NCBI RefSeq assembly: GCF_000015145.1
Contig: NC_008818.1
Span: 1,350,001 to 1,382,000 of the forward strand
From: Hyperthermus butylicus DSM 5456
Lineage (GTDB): Archaea; Thermoproteota; Thermoprotei_A; Sulfolobales; Pyrodictiaceae
DNA: 32,000 nt
Direction of reading: 5' to 3'
Part shown: positions 1 through 10,226 of the stretch, piece by piece
How the letters are laid out: the number at the start of each line of letters is the position of its first letter
Position numbering within the stretch: position 1 is the first letter of the stretch
Notes under the pieces: generated by a model
Databases searched by the model: none
What the model was told of the DNA's origin: nothing
The model's input: only the letters and a program-made list of their open reading frames with translations
Position numbers and translations under genes: made by a program

Positions 1-320
1 AGTATTATGTAATCGTTAACCTCGCGTGGACTGGCACTGTGCTCTTCTAACAGTCTGAGGGCCTGGTACAGCGCCGTGGGAGGTTCTGCCAGATACCTAG
101 TTCGCGGGTCCTCAAGGTACTCCTGGAGCTTCCGCGTCACGAAGCCTGGTGGCACCCCAAGCTTCTTTACCATGACCCAGATATATTCGTGGACTACTAT
201 TGATGGGAGTATGATCTTGGCCGCAGCGTCTATGATGTTGGCAGCCTCTTCATGGTGTGGACTGTCTTCGACCGTCTCGTAGACGAGTACGTTAGTGTCA
301 GGGAGAAGTGGCTTCGTCAA
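1..320 (-). CDS. vapC: PIN-domain toxin, VapC-like, truncated by the window edge
   Basis: Manual minus-strand translation gives (TTG)TKPLLPDTNVLVYETVEDSPHHEEAANIIDAAAKIILPSIVVHEYIWVMVKK..., with the PIN hallmark DTNVLVY and a later conserved acidic residue (HEYIW). It is open to position 1 and overlaps the AbrB-type gene. The TTG start is a guess. Confidence 0.75.
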   Translation of the reverse strand, partial: MTKPLLPDTNVLVYETVEDSPHHEEAANIIDAAAKIILPSIVVHEYIWVMVKKLGVPPGFVTRKLQEYLEDPRTRYLAEPPTALYQALRLLEEHSASPREVNDYII

Positions 321-537
321 GAGCTTCTTCGATTGCCTCCTCGATCTCCTCAACTGTTATCCTCCTCCCAAGCCGTATTGTGAGCCTCTTACGTCTAACA
401 GGGATGATCTTGATCACGCCCTCATCTTCGTCGTACAGCACCTCTACAAGGTCACCTTCCCTTATATTGGCCTTTGCTCTTACCGTGGCAGGTATTGTGA
501 CCTGGTAGTTACGTGTAACTTTAACTATTTCACCCAA
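298..537 (-). CDS. vapB: AbrB/SpoVT-type antitoxin (VapB-like)
   Basis: 79 aa MGEIVKVTRNYQVTIPATVRAKANIREGDLVEVLYDEDEGVIKIIPV, a classic swapped-hairpin AbrB motif; directly upstream of the PIN gene. Confidence 0.85.
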   Translation of the reverse strand: MGEIVKVTRNYQVTIPATVRAKANIREGDLVEVLYDEDEGVIKIIPVRRKRLTIRLGRRITVEEIEEAIEEALDEATSP

Positions 538-1121
538 GGTATCCCTACTAGCGATTCAAGGCCTACTAGTATATTAACGTTCCTACTAGCTATGTAGAGT
601 TACCGCACGCTGCACAGCTATATCACCATTTTGTCTTGGGAGCGGGTAGCTTCCACGGTTACAATAGCTACATGAGCCACGAAGCTACAGTAGTTTAGAA
701 GGGGCTACGCGCCGAGAACCTTTCCACAGCGTACACTTGACTCCTATGCTTCTGACCTCCTCCAACTATTGATCAGTCATGCCGAGCCCTCCAATAATTA
801 GTGGATGAGTTAACCTTCCTCGAGTCCAGGATCCGCACCGCGAAGACCTTGTAGCGGAGAAGCCGAGTCTCATAGAGTACACGGTTGGCGTAGGCGTGAG
901 GCTCACGGAGGGAGAGCTGGTTGCCAGGATAAGGAGCCGTTCACCCGAGAGCGGTGGGTTAGGGTCTTTTATGGTGCCGCCTTCGGGGTCATCCCGGCAC
1001 GGCTCGGGGCCCCTCACCGCCCTCCCTGAGCGGTTCTCGGAACCCCGAGCCCACCAGGAGACAACGGGGGCAAACAAGATTTATGGGGTTTTCTGGGTAT
1101 ATCCCCATATAGGTATAGGAT

Positions 1122-2212
1122 TTGAGCTATGTTACCGTTACCGCTGGTTTCAATGCTTCTGGAGAGAATACAAAACTACTCCTATCCACGGCGTGGCTGT
1201 TTAAGCTGGCAACACATAGAGTTCTCTCCTATGCCAAGTCTATGCCTGTTCTGCCAGCTTCGAAAATTGCTTGGAAGAACACGTTTAGGAGGCTTGCATA
1301 CGAGGTTATCCCCAATCGCAGATACGCTGACTCCGTAGCCGTTCTAGTTATGGGTATCTACGAGTCTTGTAGACGGGTAGGCGTCGACTTCAGAGAGGTT
1401 GGAGCTGGAGAGCTGGCTGATGTTTCAGCAGAGCGAGAAGGAGTATCCGCCGAGAAACATAACCCTAAAGAGTGTGGACGAGGCGTGGGTAACGGTATTC
1501 GATTACAGCCGTGAAGCTAGGAGAATAAGGCTTAGGATATCTACATCGGGTAGCTTTAGGAAGCTCCTAGAGAAGGTACTTAGCGAAACACAACCATACA
1601 ACCCTAGAATAGTGTTGAAGACGTGGAATATTAGAGATGGAACACTCTACGTGAGGGGAGAGCTACAGGTAAGCATACCACTAGACTTCTACTACAAACA
1701 CATGACCAGATATAGGAGAAACGACGGGAAACTCTATGGCGGAGTAGACATTAACATTGATAGGATTAGCCTTGCTATAGTTGACGAGAACGGTAATCTT
1801 AGGGATACCTATACCTTCTGGTTCCGAGAGGTAACAGCTAGAGGCTTTCCGGGGAGAAGAGCTAGGAGCATCATCGGTACGAGGGTGCATGAGATGCTCA
1901 GCTATGCCTATCAACACGGAGTTTAGACTCTATTCCTTGAGAACCCAGATGTGTTAGGCAAACCAAAGCTCCTGTGGATAAGGAACGGCAGGAGACTAGG
2001 AAAGAACTACAATTGGAAGGTGATGACATTTCGTAGCTCAGTAATAGAGATGATGGCCATGAAAGCACCGCTGTACTCGATAAAGGTAAGCTATGTAGAC
2101 CCCAAGGGAACAACGCGCTCAAAAGAACACGACGAGATTATGAAGAGGTGTAGACTAGGTAGGCACACAGCATCAGCCTACCTAGTAGCCCTAAAAGGAC
2201 TCAACCTAACCT
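1122..2212 (+). pseudogene. tnpB: IS200/IS605-family TnpB-like protein (OrfB), disrupted
   Basis: The N-terminal part is in frame 1122..(~1395). It continues in another frame from ~1399 (GVDINIDRISLAIVDENGNL, RuvC-I-like), meets an in-frame TAG at 1924-1926 (AYQHGV*TLFLENPDVLGK), then continues in the same frame to YVDPKGTTRSKEHDEIMKRCRLGRHTASAYLVALKGLNL, the typical archaeal TnpB C-terminus. No tnpA is seen nearby. Confidence 0.8.
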
Positions 2213-2584
2213 AAAAGACCCTCACAAAGGTTTCTGTCCCCTATGGAGACACGGTGGAGGAGGCCAGGATGCCAGCCGACGGCTACATAGTAGCACTCAA
2301 CAGCACGTTTAGGGTGTGGACTGGAACAATAGTAGCACTCTATAGCAGTACCAGCCTAGGAACTTATCCAAGCTTACGCCAGTACCCGATACCCTTCACA
2401 AAATCACCTCTCCGAGTCTCTATGGCGCTGCGAGTCTAGCTTTTTACGAGGCAATTGTCTACGGCTCTATCCAGGCGTGGTTGGTGCTGATTTCCCTTTT
2501 CGATTCCTCGCCGCACTGCTGCTGTTGGAGAGCAAAGGCTCTAATGTCTCGGATAGGAGTTAGACATGCACATGGCGGCGGACA

Positions 2585-3535
2585 GTGCTGGTCCTGGTTA
2601 CGGGTGGTGCCGGTTTCATAGGCAGCCATACGGTGGAGCTGCTCGCCGGGAAGGGCTACACCGTGCTGGTGGTTGACAACCTGTACACAGGGTCCCGGGG
2701 TAACCTGGCTAGTGTGCCCCCCGGAGAGGCTCGTCCTCGTCGAGGCCGATGCGGCGGACTGGCCCATGCTGTGGGAGCGGGTCTCGAAGCACGCCAAGCC
2801 CGACGACGTGGCTGGCATAGTGCACCTGGCAGCTCTCGTCAACATTGTGGAGGTGGCGGAGAACCCCCAGCGGGCCCTGGACGTGAACGTTAAGGACACC
2901 TTGAACGTGTTGGAGCTCGCTCGCCGGCTAGACGTGGAGAGGGTGGTCTACGCGAGCAGCGTCGCTGTCTACGGGGAGCCACGGTACCTGCCGATAGACG
3001 AGAACCACCCACGAGAGCCAGCTAGCCTGTATGGAAGACGAAGCTGATGGGCGAACGGCTCCTCTGGCGCTACATGAGGGACTATGGTTTGAAGCCCGTA
3101 GCACTCCGCTACTTCAACGTCTACGGGCCACGGATGCGCCCGGGGCCCTACGCCGGGGTCGTATACAAGTTCATAACCACACTCCTCTGGGGCGGCACCC
3201 CAGTAATTTACGGCGATGGAGAGCAAACCCGGGACTTCGTCTACGTGGGCGATGTGGCAGAGGCTAACCTCAAGGCGCTCGAGACCAGGTACACGGGGCC
3301 GGTGAACATTGGAACCGGAGTGGAGACCAACATAAACAAGCTATACTGGCTCATCTGCAGCCTCATTGGGCGTTGCCCGGAGCCACGCTACGAGCTGCCA
3401 CGTCCCGGGGACGTCAGGCAGAGCAAAGCATCCATAAGGCTGGCGTGGGAGAAGCTGGGCTGGAAGCCGGCGACAAGCCTAGAGGAAGGACTGAGGAGAA
3501 CCATCGAGTACTACCGGGTAGCCGGCACATCCTAG
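2585..3535 (+). pseudogene. NAD-dependent epimerase/dehydratase (GalE-like UDP-sugar epimerase), two frameshifts
   Basis: [33 protein letters not shown] (frame 2), then [12 protein letters not shown]...[15 protein letters not shown]...YASSVAVYGEP...LYGR (frame 0), then KLMGERLLWRYMRDYGLKPVALRYFNVYGPR...DFVYVGDVAEA (frame 2). The three ORFs concatenate into one extended-SDR protein. Confidence 0.85.
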
Positions 3536-3725
3536 CAGCCCCGCCCCACCCCATGAAACCCTGCTGTCAATCCTAGTGTCGTCTCTGTCAGCATAGCTGG
3601 TGTCGACGGGGATCTGCTGCAGGAAAACCTCGGGTTGGCATAGCGTGTTGAGGCATCCTCGTCACGCATAGTAGCTACAGATACGAGTGCACAACCTATG
3701 CGCTCGAGCTAGAGTACCATCGGAG

Positions 3726-5210
3726 CTAGCGGGGGAGTTTCAGTCTCCTAGCCCTCTTCACTGCTGCTAGTGCTATGGTGCGGGCCCAGCTATCGACGAG
3801 CAGGACTGTGGCGAAGTATAGCAGCATGGCTCCGGTGGCTGGGAGGGCCAGCGATTGTAGGGTTTGCCAGAACCGTGGCGAGGGTGGCTCTCGTGGGTGG
3901 AAGGCTAGGGCTGCGGGGACGGCGAGCCCGGGGTATACTAGGAGGCTCCATGCTAGCGGCTTGGCTAGTGCGTGACGGATGCTGGACGGCGCCTTGGCTA
4001 GTACTAGTGCAAGGAGCGTGATGCTGTGCGCTAGGAGGGCTACTGCCCAGGCCGTCACGTTGCCCTGCCTGGTGTCTGTAAGGGCTAGGCCGAGGGCTAG
4101 GACTCCCAGGTACGTGAGAGCTGCCACCAGCATGGACGAGTACAGTCTGGCTAGTCTCCGCTCGGCTCCGGGCTCTTCGCGTACTAGGCCGGCTAGAAGG
4201 TTTAGAACACCGATACCAACCATGAATACGAGCGAGCTGGCGGCAGCGAGGGGGGCTGCGGGGGCGGCCCAATAGTAGACCGGGTTTAGGAGGTACACCA
4301 GGTGGAGCGGGTGCATCGCTGCGTAGACGAGTAGCGGCGATGCTAGAAGTGCTGCGAGTCTGGCAGCGTTAACTGCTGAGCGGTAATCCTGGGTTGACAG
4401 CACGAAGCCCTGTAGGTAGATGAAGCTGGCCCGTACGGCCTCGGTTATCAGCATGAAGATGTTTGTTATTGCGAAGAATGCCGCCACGGTTGCGGCGTCC
4501 GAGTATGCATACACTACAACAACGTCAAGCGTCTGGACAAGCCTAGCAATATTAATCATCGCTGTCACGTAGGCCTTGCGCAGCCACTCAACGGCAATCC
4601 CCACAGCCCGGCGGAGACCCGGCCACGCCAGCGCCTCGCGGCCCCGGAGCCAGAAAAGCCCCAGCACCACCACGCCGGTGTAGGATAGCGTTGCGGCGGT
4701 AAAGGCTCCTCCAACACCGAGCCCAACCATGTACACGAATAGGATAACCGTAGCACCGTAGAACAGTCTTTGGATGAGAACAAGTAGGGCGGCACGGAGC
4801 GGGCGGACAGCATCAACAGCAAGCCTCAGCCCAGCCCAGCAAACAGCGGAGGAGGAAGCAAGCGCAGCGAGAACAGCAACGCCACCCGGCGCGCCAAGCT
4901 GGGCTACAGCCGTATAGCTCATGGCGGCTGCTGCAAGGCCAGCTGCTAGGGAGAGCATGAAGCCAGTAGTAGCAGCGCCGCGAACCCCCTGCACCGTGTA
5001 GCGGTACAGCCAGAGCCCGTAGAGCCCTGGCAGCCGGGCAGCATACTCCGTTACGCGCTTCATAACAGTCTGGTAGAGCGCATAGTCGTGCACGCTGAGG
5101 CGGCGGACAATGATAATAGACGCGACAGCATTCACGAGAATTGCAACCCCATACAGCAAGCTACGAACAATAGTAAAGGCCACAACACCCATGACCTGCG
5201 ACACCTTCAC
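3726..5210 (-). CDS. Polytopic membrane protein, probable polysaccharide/oligosaccharide flippase-like
   Basis: 494 aa with many hydrophobic segments. The N-terminus VNAVASIIIVRRLSVHDYALYQTVMKRVTEY is flippase-like. Confidence 0.6.
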   Translation of the reverse strand: MKVSQVMGVVAFTIVRSLLYGVAILVNAVASIIIVRRLSVHDYALYQTVMKRVTEYAARLPGLYGLWLYRYTVQGVRGAATTGFMLSLAAGLAAAAMSYTAVAQLGAPGGVAVLAALASSSAVCWAGLRLAVDAVRPLRAALLVLIQRLFYGATVILFVYMVGLGVGGAFTAATLSYTGVVVLGLFWLRGREALAWPGLRRAVGIAVEWLRKAYVTAMINIARLVQTLDVVVVYAYSDAATVAAFFAITNIFMLITEAVRASFIYLQGFVLSTQDYRSAVNAARLAALLASPLLVYAAMHPLHLVYLLNPVYYWAAPAAPLAAASSLVFMVGIGVLNLLAGLVREEPGAERRLARLYSSMLVAALTYLGVLALGLALTDTRQGNVTAWAVALLAHSITLLALVLAKAPSSIRHALAKPLAWSLLVYPGLAVPAALAFHPREPPSPRFWQTLQSLALPATGAMLLYFATVLLVDSWARTIALAAVKRARRLKLPR

Positions 5211-5388
5211 AGAGAGGCTAGGCAGCCCCTAAGCCTCAACAGTCCTCTAATACACACCTCCAGCAACCCCGTCAAAACCTCCACGCCTCAGGCATAGAGA
5301 CACTGTTCACCCAGCAGGGGGCTGTGATGGGCCGGGATCAACAACGCAACCTCCGCATGAACCGGGTTGAGGCTAGGCTAGCACGAGC

Positions 5389-6042
5389 GTGGAGGGTGGT
5401 ACAAGCTTAAAGAAGAATGAAGTGTTCCTGGTAAGCCTAAGTGGCGTGGGGAGCTGGGTCTTGGAGCGCCATGGGAATGCTGGGCTGATATGCCTCAAAC
5501 GCGGTATTGTAGCGTGGCTTACGGGGCTGCCGGGTAGCGGCAAGACAACTATAGCCCGTCTCGCCGCGGAGAAGCTCCGCGAGATGGGGTATCGCGTCGA
5601 GCACCTTGACGGCGACTGGGTAAGGAAGACCATCAACCCCGATGCGGGCTACACCAGGGAGGAGAGGCGCCGACACCTTCTACGGGTAGCGTGGATAGCC
5701 AGGCTTCTGGCCCGGCACGGTGTTATAGTTCTCTGCAGCTTCGTCTCCCCATACCGTGACGTACGTAGGGAGGTGCGGGAAATAGTCGAGGCGGAGGGTG
5801 TACCCTTCATAGAGGTCTACGTCAAGTGTCCAGTGGAGGAATGCATCAAGCGCGACCCGAAGGGCCTCTATCGGAAGGCGCTGCAAGGCCTAATCAAGCA
5901 CTTCACCGGGGTGAGCGACCCCTACGAGCCGCCGGAAAACCCGGACCTGGAGCTAGACACGGTAAGCAATACAGCTGAGGAAAACGCCGAGAAGCTTGTT
6001 GAAACGATACTTGCGAGACTACCCCGGGATAAGCCAGGCTAA
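5389..6042 (+). CDS. cysC: Adenylylsulfate kinase-like (APS kinase)
   Basis: VAWLTGLPGSGKTTIARLAAEKLREMGYRVEHLDGDWVRKTINPDAGYTREERRRHLLRVAWIARLLARHGVIVLCSFVSPYRDVRREVRE, with P-loop and APS-kinase signature. The true start may be internal (for example near 5461 or later). Confidence 0.85.
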   Translation: MEGGTSLKKNEVFLVSLSGVGSWVLERHGNAGLICLKRGIVAWLTGLPGSGKTTIARLAAEKLREMGYRVEHLDGDWVRKTINPDAGYTREERRRHLLRVAWIARLLARHGVIVLCSFVSPYRDVRREVREIVEAEGVPFIEVYVKCPVEECIKRDPKGLYRKALQGLIKHFTGVSDPYEPPENPDLELDTVSNTAEENAEKLVETILARLPRDKPG

Positions 6043-6132
6043 CACGCTACAGCAGCCACGGCCTCGCCGTCACTATGTACCTAGACGGCTACCTGGTGAA
6101 CGTGTGGCCAGTGCCTGGCTGGTTTCCAGCTG

Positions 6133-6612
6133 CTAGCCGAGGGGTTTGAGGCTGAAGACCAGTATTGCCGCGACGTAGAGTGTCATTCCCACCAGCTCGC
6201 TTGTGGAGAGCTTCTCGCCCAGGACTAGCCAGGCTAGCGCTGCTACGAGCACAGCATTCGACAGTGCTATCGCGGTGGCTGGGCCAGCCTTACCCGTTGC
6301 TACTGCGAGCTTTAGGAAGTACATACCGAGGGCGAGGGTTACCCCGGCCACAGCCATTAGGGCGAAGTACTTTGGATCTACCCCGGCTAGGCTGGGATTA
6401 CGGCTGCCATCAAACATGCCCCGGTACATCATTACCAGTGTCGCCAGAATGCCGGTGAGGCCTGCGCCGAGGAGGAGTATGGCGGTACCCTCAATAGATG
6501 GTATTCCCTTCACGGAGGCATATTTGAGGATGAAGTTTGTGACACCAAAGAATACGAAGGCGCCAAGAGCATAGAGGGCCCAGTACTGCTCGCCAGCCAT
6601 GCTCTCAGGCAC
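6133..6612 (-). CDS. EamA/DMT-family small multidrug/metabolite transporter
   Basis: 159 aa, about 5 TM. The C-terminal half AGPATAIALSNAVLVAALAWLVLGEKLSTSELVGMTLYVAAILVF is typical of EamA. Confidence 0.75.
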   Translation of the reverse strand: MPESMAGEQYWALYALGAFVFFGVTNFILKYASVKGIPSIEGTAILLLGAGLTGILATLVMMYRGMFDGSRNPSLAGVDPKYFALMAVAGVTLALGMYFLKLAVATGKAGPATAIALSNAVLVAALAWLVLGEKLSTSELVGMTLYVAAILVFSLKPLG

Positions 6613-6756
6613 CCAGAGCTAGAGACATGTATGTAGGGGTGGGCTATGAAAAGTGTTGGACTGGGCCAGCTTATGGCTTTATGGATGCTAGAAGTAAGGA
6701 GCTACGCCATATTGGTAGTGGATAAGCAAAATAACTATGATGCGTATATATGGTAT

Positions 6757-7809
6757 TTACCTTCGTAGCCAGGCGTCAAGCCCCATTTGCTGGCCCCGGA
6801 AATGCTCCCTATACGCCTTCTTGAGCCGCTCAAGCGCATTCCTGACCCTCTCCGGGCTGAAGTCATGCCCCTCGACTAGAATCTCGAACACCTTCTTCTC
6901 GTCGGGCTCCCTCCACTCAAGCTTATAGTCGGTCGTTACTGGCGGATTGAGGAAGTACTCGTAGATCTTCAGTGGATCCGTTGGAAACTCGTGCCTAGGA
7001 AGGCCTTGTAGAAGCTTTACAGGGTCACGGTGAGCCTTCACCATTTTCAATGCTGTCTTAGGACCAATCCCCTTTACACCGTCGGGGTTGTAGTCTGTTC
7101 CTATCAGTATGCCTAGCGCTACGAGCTGCTCCCTGGTAATCCCCAAGGCCTTTAGAAGCTTATCCAGCTCTATGAGTTCCGGCTTGATCTCGACATAGAC
7201 GTCTTTTCGTGGCAGCTTACGCCTACCAGTAATTGCAAGGTTTCTTACGAGCCTCGGGGAGCCGAAGAGGAGAGAGTCGTAGTCCTGGCTTGCAGCGGCC
7301 CATGCATCGCCACGCCGAGCCATGAATGCTGCCTGGGCTTCACCCTCGGCGGGAGCCTGCACCCATGGAACCCCCATAGCGTCAAGCAGCTTCTTAGCAT
7401 CCTCTACCATTTCGTCGGTAAGCCTAGCAGCCATCTGTGCATAGCGCCTTGCAGCTTTTGTATCACCCTTCTTCACAGCTTCCTCGTACTTCTTTACAGC
7501 CTCGCTCTTCACCCGCTTGCGCCTCTCAATCTCGAGATACTTCATCTCGGGTGGCTTTCCATCAAAAACGTAGACTATCTTAATTCCGTGCTCCATTAGG
7601 TTTATGGTCCGGTAGAATAGGCCGCTGAGATGGCTTGTAATCCGGCCCTTGGAGTCCATGAGTGGTGTTCCATCGGGCTGTCTTATAGCTGTGAGGAACT
7701 GGTAGAGCGCGTTATATGCGTCAATAGCTACGACCTTGTATTTTAGATGAGCAAGGTCTATCTCCTGAATAGCCTCCGGTGGGATAACCTCCCTGATATT
7801 AACTCCCAA
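6757..7809 (-). CDS. fen: Flap endonuclease 1
   Basis: 350 aa with XPG N and I domains ([87 protein letters not shown]) and a PIP-like C-terminus (QMGLDAWL). Confidence 0.98.
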   Translation of the reverse strand: MGVNIREVIPPEAIQEIDLAHLKYKVVAIDAYNALYQFLTAIRQPDGTPLMDSKGRITSHLSGLFYRTINLMEHGIKIVYVFDGKPPEMKYLEIERRKRVKSEAVKKYEEAVKKGDTKAARRYAQMAARLTDEMVEDAKKLLDAMGVPWVQAPAEGEAQAAFMARRGDAWAAASQDYDSLLFGSPRLVRNLAITGRRKLPRKDVYVEIKPELIELDKLLKALGITREQLVALGILIGTDYNPDGVKGIGPKTALKMVKAHRDPVKLLQGLPRHEFPTDPLKIYEYFLNPPVTTDYKLEWREPDEKKVFEILVEGHDFSPERVRNALERLKKAYREHFRGQQMGLDAWLRR

Positions 7810-7854
7810 GGCTCCACCTAGCCCCTGCTAGGTAGGATGCCTGGTGGGACTGCT

Positions 7855-8103
7855 TTAAGACTTGGCTATGAGCTCAACGTTTCTGAGATTCTCCTTCAAC
7901 ACGTTAACATAAATTATACCTTGCATCTCAAGCTTCATCAGTGCCCTGAGGAACTCCGAGAAGGTTACGTCAAACTTATCTCTAATCGCTCTATACAGTT
8001 CAATGTCCTTGGCGTTTCCTCCTCGCCTCTCAAGCTCCTCCACGATAGCGTAGTAGAGCGGGATGCTCCTCCAAGTCTCCTCGGAAGCCAACCCGATAAC
8101 CAC
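7855..8103 (-). CDS. Small conserved-looking protein, possibly winged-helix
   Basis: 82 aa directly upstream of fen on the same strand, with amphipathic helical composition. No motif identified with certainty. Confidence 0.5.
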   Translation of the reverse strand: MVIGLASEETWRSIPLYYAIVEELERRGGNAKDIELYRAIRDKFDVTFSEFLRALMKLEMQGIIYVNVLKENLRNVELIAKS

Positions 8104-8228
8104 CCCAGGCTGTCGCCTCAGCTAGAATTAGCGAGGCTAGCCGGGAGGCCAGTAAAGTGGCGCAAGTGAGTCTGGGGCTAATATATCCTGGGGGTGAGAT
8201 ATACCGTGTTAAAAAACGGCGTGGGGGC

Positions 8229-10163
8229 TCAGAAGGTGTAGTATGCGTGTGTTAGCATCTTCTCGACGGTCTTGACGGTTTTGCCGTCCTTGCGGAATGC
8301 TAGGTGGACAGCGCATGCCAGGCATGGGTCGAAGCTCCTTATCGATCTCACGAAGTCTAGGCCCTGCCACTCCTCGGGTGGCAGCTCTTCTGTTACCCAG
8401 CTGTTTAGCGCGCTCTGCTCGAAGGGGCTGTATCCGAACCTGTCATGTGGCGAGACATTGCCCGTGGTTGGCGCGTGTATCTGCACGTTGAGCACCTTAC
8501 CGTTCTCTTGGACTACCCAGTGTCTCACAGTGCCGCGTGGCGCCTCGGTGAAGCCGAAACCGAAAGTTATTGTTCGTGGTACCTTCCACGGCCTCGATGT
8601 CTCGGTATACCGCTTATCTAGTAGGCTGCGATACTGTGATACACCCTTCCAGGCGCCCACTACGTCTAACAGTAGGTTGAATGCTCTAGCCCATAGCCTG
8701 TATATCGTCGTGCTTATTGGTGGCACCTTCCACTTGAACTCCATTGGCTCGCAGACAGAGCCTGGTAGCTCGTCTGTACAAGCGCGTGGCAGGTGTACAG
8801 TTATCTCCCTCCCACCAGCCTTAAACCATGCATCAGCACCGTCAACGTTAACGCTGTAGTTGTGCATTGATGTTATGAGCAGCCTTGCATAGGGGCCTAC
8901 CTCGAATGGTAGTATAGAGCCGTCCTTCCATACTAGCCTTACATGTGTTGCCCATGTGTACTTTCCACTCCAGTTGATTGCTTTGCCCTCAAGCTTCGGT
9001 ATGGTAACCTTGTTCCATGGATGGTACTTTGCGTCATACTTGCCGTGCAGCAGCGGGCTCCCCTCGGGATCTTGTTCTCGATACCAGCGTGGCTTATCCC
9101 AGTCCTCGTAGAACGCCCTTTCAACGTGCTCCATTATGCTGCGCTGGTACTCCTTAAGGCTTGTGGAGACGAGTTCACCGCGTATCACTATACCCGGCTT
9201 TAGTAGGCGCTTAATAGCGGCCTTGTCTATGGCCTTGTAGAATTCTACTGGGTCGTACTGTGGCATGTCCTCGCCATACGCCTCGGGGTCGTCGAATATA
9301 CCGCTGCTTGTTACTGCTAGGACGGTTGTCTTCATGCCTGGGCACTCGCTGGGCTCGCTGGTGTAGGCGTAACTTAGCCCGTTGCAGGAGTATGGCAGGC
9401 CTCCCGGCAGCGTTACTTCTTTCTCGAAGAAGCTTAGCAGGTCCTCCCATAGAGCGTAGAACCATTTTACCCACGCAGTTAGCTTGATGAGGCGTGTCGT
9501 ATAGGCTAGTAGTAGGTTTTCTGCATCGCTTATGTCAGTGGATATGCCGCCAGGTATCAGTGTTGATGGGTGGCTGTGCCTACCGTAGATAAGTACGCCA
9601 GCTTCTCTAGCAAGCCTCTGGAACCTAACCGCGTACTGCCACACCTTGCCGGTGAGCGGGTTAAGGGCCTCCATTATGTCTGCTATGGTTGTAAAGCCAT
9701 GTATATCCCTGTGCTCAGCGTAGACCTTCTTGGCGTGGTCATATACGCTTGGCGTAAACTTCGAGACTATTGCTGCACTATAGTCGGGGCCCTCGAGCAT
9801 GCCGAGAATAATGCTATGGTCGTAGATGTGGTCGGTCATAGCGAATGCCATGTTTCTAAGCACAACACCCATGGGCTTTGGGCTAACACCATATGCCATG
9901 TCTACTGCTAGAACGCTAGCATTAGCATGGCTGGCGCCACATACACCACAAATCCTGCTGGTTACGTGCGGCAGGTCTTCCGGCGGTCTGCCTATACTGA
10001 AGATTTCGAAGCCACGGAACATTGTTACGAATGTCCATGCCTCGCCGGTAGGCTTCCTAGTCTCTGCATCTACGTGGAGCCGGAGTCCGAGGTGCCCCTC
10101 AATCCTCGTTATAGGGTCTATATGGATCCTAATTGTGCGTGATGTACGTGTCATTGTGTGCAC
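8229..10163 (-). CDS. hynL: [NiFe]-hydrogenase large subunit (Isp-linked, membrane-associated type)
   Basis: The N-terminal Ni ligand motif RICGVCGASH and the C-terminal motif DPCLACAVH are both present. 644 aa. Confidence 0.95.
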   Translation of the reverse strand: MHTMTRTSRTIRIHIDPITRIEGHLGLRLHVDAETRKPTGEAWTFVTMFRGFEIFSIGRPPEDLPHVTSRICGVCGASHANASVLAVDMAYGVSPKPMGVVLRNMAFAMTDHIYDHSIILGMLEGPDYSAAIVSKFTPSVYDHAKKVYAEHRDIHGFTTIADIMEALNPLTGKVWQYAVRFQRLAREAGVLIYGRHSHPSTLIPGGISTDISDAENLLLAYTTRLIKLTAWVKWFYALWEDLLSFFEKEVTLPGGLPYSCNGLSYAYTSEPSECPGMKTTVLAVTSSGIFDDPEAYGEDMPQYDPVEFYKAIDKAAIKRLLKPGIVIRGELVSTSLKEYQRSIMEHVERAFYEDWDKPRWYREQDPEGSPLLHGKYDAKYHPWNKVTIPKLEGKAINWSGKYTWATHVRLVWKDGSILPFEVGPYARLLITSMHNYSVNVDGADAWFKAGGREITVHLPRACTDELPGSVCEPMEFKWKVPPISTTIYRLWARAFNLLLDVVGAWKGVSQYRSLLDKRYTETSRPWKVPRTITFGFGFTEAPRGTVRHWVVQENGKVLNVQIHAPTTGNVSPHDRFGYSPFEQSALNSWVTEELPPEEWQGLDFVRSIRSFDPCLACAVHLAFRKDGKTVKTVEKMLTHAYYTF

Positions 10164-10226
10164 CCCTCGTCACTGTGCTCAGCCGGGGTTTGTGTTGTCA
10201 AAAAACCGTGTACGGGTCATGAACTG

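Noticed and set aside
298-537. Defence island interpretation of the VapBC plus TnpB region
   Set aside because: VapBC and TnpB are common in crenarchaeal genomes and no other defence genes (restriction, Cas, Argonaute, etc.) are present in the window.
2287-2340. 12-bp direct repeat ATAGTAGCACTC at 2287-2298 and 2329-2340
   Set aside because: Only two copies, short, no periodic continuation; not a CRISPR and too weak for element ends without comparison.
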